A program made the translations under genes and the position numbers. Below, one piece after another: positions 6,755 through 11,697 of a DNA stretch of 11,697 nt (its first letter is position 1; every line of letters starts with the position of its first letter). Where the stretch lies: positions 1 to 11,697 of the forward strand of contig DAOWBH010000091.1 in the NCBI GenBank assembly GCA_030634165.1, written 5' to 3'. The notes under the pieces were generated by a model, which did no database searches, was not told where the DNA came from, and worked only from the letters and a program-made list of their open reading frames with translations. The DNA is from Spirochaetota bacterium. Its GTDB lineage: Bacteria; Spirochaetota; JAGLSM01.

Positions 6755-9205
6755 ATGATTAAATACCAATGGCTTAATGAGCTAAAACAAAAAAAAGACA
6801 GATCCAAAAAAATTCTGATCATAATATCTATGGCTTCTGTTTTATGTATACTTCTTTCTTTTTATATCCCGTTAAATAAAGACTCCCTTATGGAAAAACT
6901 TGGCTTTTCATTTGAAATATATGACCGCAACGGAATCCTCCTGCAAAAAGGACTTTCCTCCAACGGTTATTACTTTTCCTATGTAAAGCTTAAAGAAATT
7001 CCCGAATACATAATAAAGGCGCTTATTAATACTGAGGACAAAAACTTCTATTCCCATAGAGGTGTTGACGGGCTTGCCATTATAAGAGCGGTATTAGACA
7101 ATTTAAAAAGCGGCATAACCAAATCCGGCGGATCAACTATTACAATGCAGATCGCCAGGAATATCCATAACCTCAAAAGAAATATTTTTTCAAAAATAAT
7201 TGAACTGTGGTTTTCTATCAGACTTGAAAATTCATTCACAAAAAAACAGCTCCTTGAGCTTTATTTTAATACCATACCATTTGGTAAACAAATCGTAGGT
7301 ATTAAAATGGCTTCAAGAATTTATTTTAACAAATCTCCTTCAGAACTTTCTACCGCGCAAGGAGCCTATCTTATATCCCTATTGAAATATCCTTCACATA
7401 TGAACAGGAAATCCTCTATTCCATACATTATGAAACGTCAAAAACATATACTTACAATTCTTTATAAAAAAAAGATTATTGACAAGCAAACATATCTCCG
7501 CGCCATGACTTACAGGATCAATATAAAAAAACCCGATTATGTAAAACTTTCTCCTCATTTTTGCAATTTTATTTTATCTCATATAAAAAATACCTATCCT
7601 GATAAAATAAAAAAAATTGCAAAAATATATACAACCATGGATATTGAAGTACAAAAAAAAGCGTTTAAATATTCTTTAAATTCAATTAAAAAACTCAAAC
7701 GAAAAAAAATATCAAACGCCTCTGTCATTATACTTGATAATAAAAGCGGAGATATTCTCGCAATGATTGGAAGCCTCAATTATTTTATTGATAAAGACAG
7801 CGGACAGGTTAACGGTTCTATTGCACTTCGTTCTCCGGGTTCAACTCTGAAACCTTTCACTTATGCTACAGGTATTGATTCCGGCTTAATCACATCAGCG
7901 ACAGTTATTCCTGATATAAAAACATACATGCGTTCAACAACAGGAGACTTTACCCCGCTTAATCACAGCCGCAGGTTTAACGGACCGATAACTGTAAGAA
8001 AAGCTTTGGGATGCTCATATAACATTCCCGCTGCCAGAGTAATCGCAAAAACAACCGTTGACGCGGTTCTTCTAAAACTCCATCAGGCAGGCTTCATCAG
8101 CCTTAAAAAAAATCCGGAATACTACGGAGCTTCATTAACTCTTGGGGGGGGAGATGTGAGCCTTCTTGAACTAACGAGAGGGTACAGGATGCTGGCAAAC
8201 AACGGGATATATTCACAGATAAATTTTATAAAAAAAATAATCGATATATATGGAAATAAAATTACACTGAAAAAAAGTACTGTAAAAAGGCAAGTTTTCA
8301 GCAGGGAAACGGCATTTTTAATCACTGACATACTGTCTGATAATAAAGCAAGAGAAGACTCATTTTCTCTTTTATCTCCGCTTAACCTTCCTTTTTTCTG
8401 CGCCGCAAAAACGGGAACTTCGAAGGGATACCGCAATAACTGGACAATAGGTTATTCGCGTAATTACACATTAGGAGTATGGGTTGGGAATTTTGATAAT
8501 TCCCCTATGCTTGGAGTAAGCGGAATAACCGGCGCGGGAAATATTTTCAGAAGCATCATGCTGTCTATTGAAGACGACTATTACTATAAACCTGTAATAC
8601 CGAAGTCAGTAGTCATAAAAAACATCTGTGCCAAAAGCGGACTTCTTTCAAAAAAAGAATGTACAAGTGTAATTTCCGAGTATTTCACTAAAAACTCCTA
8701 TCCTGAAACTTACTGCAATGTTCATTTCTCTATCCCCTACTACATACATAACAATAAAATAGCCTATGTAAAAAACAAAAAGAATAACCCTAATATCAGA
8801 TGGGAAAAAACAATGATACTTCCGCCTGTCTATAACAACTGGCTGCAGGAAAAAGGCTACCGGCTTCCAGATAAAGACGTTCTTAATTACATAGGATGGC
8901 TGAGCGGAAAAAACAAGAAAAACGAAATTAAAGAAGCAAAGATAACATTTCCTGATAATAATGATGCCTTTATAATTGATCCGATTATAAAAAGGAAATT
9001 TCAGACAATAGTTTTCACAAGCACACTCCCATCTCAAACGACGACTGTATACTGGATATTAAACGATAGAAAATTCAAAATTGAAAAGTATCCGTTTTCA
9101 TACAAGTGGAAAATTAAAAGAGGTGAATTTACTTTAAAAGTTGAGGCTGTATTATCGGAAGGGTTAAAAATAAAAAGCAAACCTGTATATTTTATCGTGA
9201 ACTAA
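6755..9205 (+). CDS. pbpC: Penicillin-binding protein 1C (bifunctional GT51 glycosyltransferase / transpeptidase with PBP1C-type C-terminal domain)
   Basis: N-terminal TM anchor. GT51 motifs EDKNFYSHRGVD (from 7034) and GGSTITMQ. Transpeptidase boxes S-T-L-K (7841..7852), S-Y-N and K-T-G (8408..8416). An extra C-terminal beta-rich domain of about 200 aa and the 816-aa length fit PBP1C rather than PBP1A/1B. Confidence 0.92.
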   Translation: MIKYQWLNELKQKKDRSKKILIIISMASVLCILLSFYIPLNKDSLMEKLGFSFEIYDRNGILLQKGLSSNGYYFSYVKLKEIPEYIIKALINTEDKNFYSHRGVDGLAIIRAVLDNLKSGITKSGGSTITMQIARNIHNLKRNIFSKIIELWFSIRLENSFTKKQLLELYFNTIPFGKQIVGIKMASRIYFNKSPSELSTAQGAYLISLLKYPSHMNRKSSIPYIMKRQKHILTILYKKKIIDKQTYLRAMTYRINIKKPDYVKLSPHFCNFILSHIKNTYPDKIKKIAKIYTTMDIEVQKKAFKYSLNSIKKLKRKKISNASVIILDNKSGDILAMIGSLNYFIDKDSGQVNGSIALRSPGSTLKPFTYATGIDSGLITSATVIPDIKTYMRSTTGDFTPLNHSRRFNGPITVRKALGCSYNIPAARVIAKTTVDAVLLKLHQAGFISLKKNPEYYGASLTLGGGDVSLLELTRGYRMLANNGIYSQINFIKKIIDIYGNKITLKKSTVKRQVFSRETAFLITDILSDNKAREDSFSLLSPLNLPFFCAAKTGTSKGYRNNWTIGYSRNYTLGVWVGNFDNSPMLGVSGITGAGNIFRSIMLSIEDDYYYKPVIPKSVVIKNICAKSGLLSKKECTSVISEYFTKNSYPETYCNVHFSIPYYIHNNKIAYVKNKKNNPNIRWEKTMILPPVYNNWLQEKGYRLPDKDVLNYIGWLSGKNKKNEIKEAKITFPDNNDAFIIDPIIKRKFQTIVFTSTLPSQTTTVYWILNDRKFKIEKYPFSYKWKIKRGEFTLKVEAVLSEGLKIKSKPVYFIVN

Positions 9206-9244
9206 TATCTATTTACAACGTGTTTTGCTGGAATTTGAATAAAA

Positions 9245-9326
9245 CTTTGCGAGCTTCGCGTCCGGTTCAAGTTCCTTTTCACTTGCTGAGTTTTTTTGAA
9301 CCGCAAAGTCGGTAAGTACGCAAAGG
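9245..9326. repeat. Imperfect inverted repeat built from 9-nt CTTYGCG-type subrepeats
   Basis: The left arm is CTTTGCGAG-CTTCGCGTC-CGGTTCAA (9245..9270). The right arm read on the minus strand is CTTTGCGTA-CTTACCGA-CTTTGCGGTTCAA (complement of 9296..9325). The core CGGTTCAA (9263..9270) pairs perfectly with TTGAACCG (9296..9303) around a 25-nt loop. Confidence 0.6.
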
Positions 9327-9365
9327 CAAACATAAAGGAAATTTTGTTGTATCTTTGCATTGATT
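9291..9365 (-). repeat. Copy 1 of a composite short-period intergenic element (module 1 AATCnnTGCAAA..., A-run plus TTTC, module 2 CTnTGCG 9-mers ending TGCGGT)
   Basis: The minus strand reads AATCAATGCAAAGATACAACAAAATTTCCTTTATGTTTGCCTTTGCGTACTTACCGACTTTGCGGTTCAAAAAAA. This is colinear with the plus-strand element at 11615..11697. Confidence 0.45.
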
Positions 9366-9399
9366 CAAGTTCATGATGTGAATAAAAACTTATAGAGTA

Positions 9400-9468
9400 C
9401 GGTTGGTAAGCCTGTCGAACCACGGTTGGTGAGCCTGTCGAACCACGGTTGGTGAGCCTGTCGAACCA
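9400..9468. repeat. Tandem direct repeat, 3 x 23 bp (CGGTTGGTRAGCCTGTCGAACCA)
   Basis: Units lie at 9400..9422, 9423..9445 and 9446..9468. Units 2 and 3 are identical, and unit 1 differs by a single A/G. The array ends 18 nt downstream of the adenosyltransferase stop codon (9487..9489). Confidence 0.93.
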
Positions 9469-9486
9469 TTGCATCCTATCTGATAC

Positions 9487-10002
9487 TTACTCAGCTTCAA
9501 ATGTTCTTGCGAGTATGAATAAATAATCGGAAAGCCTGTTTAAATATCTCAATGATTCCGCAAGATACTTCTTACCTTGTTTGTCAATAAGCGAATACAA
9601 CCGTCGCTCTGCTCTTCTGCAGACAGTTCTTGCTAAATCTGTCTGAGACGATAATATATTTTTACCGGGCAGTATAAAATCTCCAGGCATATCTGTTTTT
9701 TCAATCATACTTTTCATGCGATCTTCAATTTCTTTTACATTAATTATCTGATCATGATTTTTCTCATCGGATGATACAATCATTGAAGAAATTTTAAACA
9801 GAGATTTTTGAATATCTTCAAGGAAGGTTATCGTCCGCGATGATTCCAGCTGAGACTTTATTAAACCAATCCAGGATACAAGTTCATCAATTGTTCCCAC
9901 ACATTCAATAGTATCAGAATTTTTTTTCACCCTTCCCTTCCCAAAAAGCGAGGTAGTTCCGTCATCTCCTGTTTTTGTACTAATTCTATTTAAGCTGTCC
10001 AT
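9487..10002 (-). CDS. pduO: ATP:cob(I)alamin adenosyltransferase, PduO type (cob(I)yrinic acid a,c-diamide adenosyltransferase)
   Basis: 171 aa. The N-terminal TKTGDDGTTSL motif, VGTIDELVSWIG, IQKSLF, FILPGK, ARTVCRRAERR and YLNRLSDYLFILAR all match the conserved blocks of the PduO/MMAB N-terminal domain. Confidence 0.9.
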   Translation of the reverse strand: MDSLNRISTKTGDDGTTSLFGKGRVKKNSDTIECVGTIDELVSWIGLIKSQLESSRTITFLEDIQKSLFKISSMIVSSDEKNHDQIINVKEIEDRMKSMIEKTDMPGDFILPGKNILSSQTDLARTVCRRAERRLYSLIDKQGKKYLAESLRYLNRLSDYLFILARTFEAE

Positions 10003-10048
10003 TTGCCAAATATAACCTGATATATAAAAAGATTAAATCAATTTTATT

Positions 10049-10078
10049 TTGTTACCCATTTTATTATTTTTATACAAT
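10049..10078 (+). promoter_or_regulatory. Candidate promoter for mtaB
   Basis: TTGTTA at 10049..10054, an 18-nt spacer, TACAAT at 10073..10078. The ATG at 10098 follows with no obvious Shine-Dalgarno site. Confidence 0.3.
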
Positions 10079-10097
10079 AGAATTGCGGTAATTAATC

Positions 10098-11399
10098 ATG
10101 AAAAAAAAGATAGCATTTAATACACTGGGTTGTAAACTCAACCTCAATGAAACAGACTCACTTGTATCAGATTTCCATAAATCAGGTTACGATATAGTTT
10201 CATCCAATGAACAGGCAGATGTATATATTATAAACACCTGTACAGTTACCAATAAAAGCGACCGGAAATCCCGTAACATTATAAACAGGGCACGTAATAA
10301 AATAAATAACCCTGTAGTTCTTGTTACCGGCTGCTTCGCGGAGAATTCCAAAGAATACCTTGAACGTTTTGACGATATAACTTACGTTATTGATAATAAA
10401 CGCAAGAGTCAAATATTCAGCATAATCGACGCGCATTTCAATGGAGAAATTCTCAAACCCGATGAACTTAAAAGCGGAGTTTTTGATTTCAGCACTGCGG
10501 AAACAAGCCTGCATACAAGAAGCATGATTAAAATTCAGGACGGATGCGACAAATTTTGTTCGTATTGTATCATCCCATACGTCAGAGGCAGAGCCCAGAG
10601 CAGACCATACAAAGATATTCTAAAAAATATCAAAAGCATTCTCACCTGCGAATATAAGGAAATCGTTTTAACCGGAATTAATATGGGCAGCTATAACTAT
10701 GAGGGAACTAACTTCTCGACCCTGCTTGAAATGATTCTTGAACTTGATGGGGATTTTCGTGTAAGAATATCATCTTTGGAGCCTGAAGGAATCGATCCGC
10801 TATTTATATCGCTGATGTCTCATCCTAAAATGTGCAGGAACCTGCATATCTGCCTTCAAAGCGGATCCGACCGTATTTTAAAACTGATGAATAGAGATTA
10901 TACAATTGATAATTTCAAAACATCAATTCAAAAAATTAAAGAGGTATGCTCAAATTTTAATTTTACTACAGACATTATTGTAGGTTTCCCCGGAGAAACG
11001 AATGATGATTTCAAAAAGTCATGTGAAATGCTCATCGAAACCGGTTTCAGCCACGTTCATACATTTCCTTATTCAGTCAGAACAGGAACAAAAGCCGCGA
11101 AAATAGACAATCATATAAATTCAAAATTAAAAGCTGAAAGATCGTCTATTATCCGCAGCCTTTCAGAGGTAAATAAAAAAAAATACAGAGAATCTTTTAT
11201 AGGGAAAAAACAACGGATTCTTATTGAAAAGATAGTTCAGAATCAGGCTGAAGGGTTTGGAGAACATTACATACCTGTAAAATTTTCAGGGACTGGTCTT
11301 ATTGCAAACAGTTTCTGTGAAGTTCTTATAACGGGGATAGAAGATGGCGATAACCCCGTACTGCTGGCTGAACCGGTTATCCGGTATAATAATCTTTAA
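10098..11399 (+). CDS. mtaB: tRNA (N6-threonylcarbamoyladenosine37-C2)-methylthiotransferase MtaB (radical SAM MTTase)
   Basis: 433 aa. The N-terminal UPF0004 domain has the three Cys (FNTLGCKLN, INTCTVT, VTGCFA). The radical-SAM box CDKFCSYC is encoded at 10545..10568. A C-terminal TRAM-like segment is present. Length and the GCKLN start fit MtaB better than MiaB or RimO, but the subfamily call is by eye. Confidence 0.82.
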   Translation: MKKKIAFNTLGCKLNLNETDSLVSDFHKSGYDIVSSNEQADVYIINTCTVTNKSDRKSRNIINRARNKINNPVVLVTGCFAENSKEYLERFDDITYVIDNKRKSQIFSIIDAHFNGEILKPDELKSGVFDFSTAETSLHTRSMIKIQDGCDKFCSYCIIPYVRGRAQSRPYKDILKNIKSILTCEYKEIVLTGINMGSYNYEGTNFSTLLEMILELDGDFRVRISSLEPEGIDPLFISLMSHPKMCRNLHICLQSGSDRILKLMNRDYTIDNFKTSIQKIKEVCSNFNFTTDIIVGFPGETNDDFKKSCEMLIETGFSHVHTFPYSVRTGTKAAKIDNHINSKLKAERSSIIRSLSEVNKKKYRESFIGKKQRILIEKIVQNQAEGFGEHYIPVKFSGTGLIANSFCEVLITGIEDGDNPVLLAEPVIRYNNL

Positions 11400-11523
11400 G
11401 TCTCGCAAGTCCATCTTCAATTACTTTTCTTACGCCCTGATTACCATGCTCCCGACTAAGATACTTTTCGTAGTATTCCATCTTTTCCTTAATGAAGTCA
11501 TTCATCAATAAATTTGATTTCAT
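11377..11523 (-). CDS. Small hypothetical protein, 48 aa (MKSNLLMNDFIKEKMEYYEKYLSREHGNQGVRKVIEDGLARLKDYYTG)
   Basis: Absent from the supplied ORF track. The ATG is at 11523. A perfect GGAGG (complement of 11531..11535) lies 7 nt upstream, and an in-frame TAA sits just upstream of the ATG. The TAA stop is at 11377..11379. The 3' end overlaps the mtaB 3' end by 23 nt in convergent orientation. The predicted protein is helical and hydrophilic, and I recognise no family. Confidence 0.4.
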   Translation of the reverse strand: MKSNLLMNDFIKEKMEYYEKYLSREHGNQGVRKVIEDGLARLKDYYTG

Positions 11524-11614
11524 TTCTATACCTCCATGTATTTAAACAAGGTCCGTCCTAAGGTGTAAATTATTAGCACATTTTAAGAAAAAAAGTTCGT
11601 CCCAAAATTTATAA

Positions 11615-11697
11615 AATCCGTGCAAATCTGTGGCTAAAAAAATTTCATTCTTAACTCTGTACCCCTCTTCTCTGCGATCTCGGCGTTCTCTGCGGTG
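11615..11697 (+). repeat. Copy 2 of the composite short-period intergenic element, truncated by the window edge
   Basis: The sequence is AATCCGTGCAAATCTGTGGCT + AAAAAAATTTC + spacer + CTCTGCGAT-CTCGGCGTT-CTCTGCGGT (9-mers at 11670..11696). Module 1 contains ATCYGTG twice with a 10-nt period. The element is colinear with the minus-strand copy at 9291..9365. Confidence 0.5.

Noticed and set aside
9400-9468. CRISPR array
   Set aside because: The three 23-bp units are directly adjacent with no spacers, and no cas genes are in the window. This is a tandem repeat, not a CRISPR array.
9400-9468. tRNA 3'-end fragments or att-site duplication, because the minus-strand unit contains GGTTCGA...CACCA, resembling a T-loop plus CCA end
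   Set aside because: The 5 nt flanking the putative T-loop TTCGACA (CGTGG and GGCTC) are not complementary. No acceptor-stem partner exists and no integrase is nearby. The resemblance is probably coincidental.
9202-9474. 90-aa ORF on the minus strand filling the pbpC/adenosyltransferase spacer
   Set aside because: Its first 23 codons are the 23-bp tandem repeat read in all three frames, and the rest runs through the CTTYGCG palindrome. It has no Shine-Dalgarno site, overlaps the pbpC stop, and has a low-complexity, repeat-derived composition. It is most likely an artefact of repeat DNA that happens to lack stop codons.
10003-10097. Cobalamin riboswitch upstream of the PduO-type adenosyltransferase gene
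   Set aside because: The divergent spacer is only 95 bp and very AT-rich, and it lacks a B12-box-like GCCACTG core or GC-rich helices. It is too short for the aptamer.
10101-10108. A8 run at codons 2-4 of mtaB, and other A/T homopolymers of 8-9 nt (753..761, 6658..6665), as phase-variation sites
   Set aside because: Poly-A/T runs of this length are expected at high frequency in DNA of this base composition and in Lys-rich proteins. Unlike the poly-G tracts, they are not statistically surprising.

Overview
AT-rich bacterial chromosomal window, about one-third GC by eye; taxon not determinable from the sequence. It is dominated by ordinary cell-envelope and housekeeping genes. Left to right: (1) a beta-lactamase-family serine hydrolase gene (-) that stops before its third catalytic box. 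(2) A very basic lipoprotein with YD-repeat-like hairpin motifs (+). (3) A tightly coupled four-gene MacAB/DevBCA-type tripartite efflux operon on the minus strand: TolC-like outer membrane factor, HlyD/MacA adaptor, ABC ATPase, FtsX/MacB permease. (4) A divergently oriented penicillin-binding protein 1C (+). (5) A PduO-type cob(I)alamin adenosyltransferase (-). (6) The radical-SAM methylthiotransferase MtaB (+). (7) An untracked 48-aa ORF with a strong Shine-Dalgarno site, convergent with and overlapping the mtaB 3' end. I see no defence system, prophage, transposase, CRISPR array, tRNA or rRNA. Non-genic structure is the most unusual content. The 281-bp convergent spacer between pbpC and the adenosyltransferase gene (9206..9486) is packed with repeats: an imperfect palindrome built from 9-nt CTTYGCG subrepeats and a near-perfect 3 x 23-bp tandem repeat. 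It also holds one copy of a composite short-period element whose second copy, in opposite orientation, runs off the right edge of the window. Secondary oddities are G8 and G7 homopolymer tracts inside pbpC and the permease gene, a 27-residue polybasic tail on the periplasmic adaptor, and several genes with no Shine-Dalgarno site and a -10-like hexamer almost touching the start codon. All functional calls rest on motifs read by eye, not on database searches.
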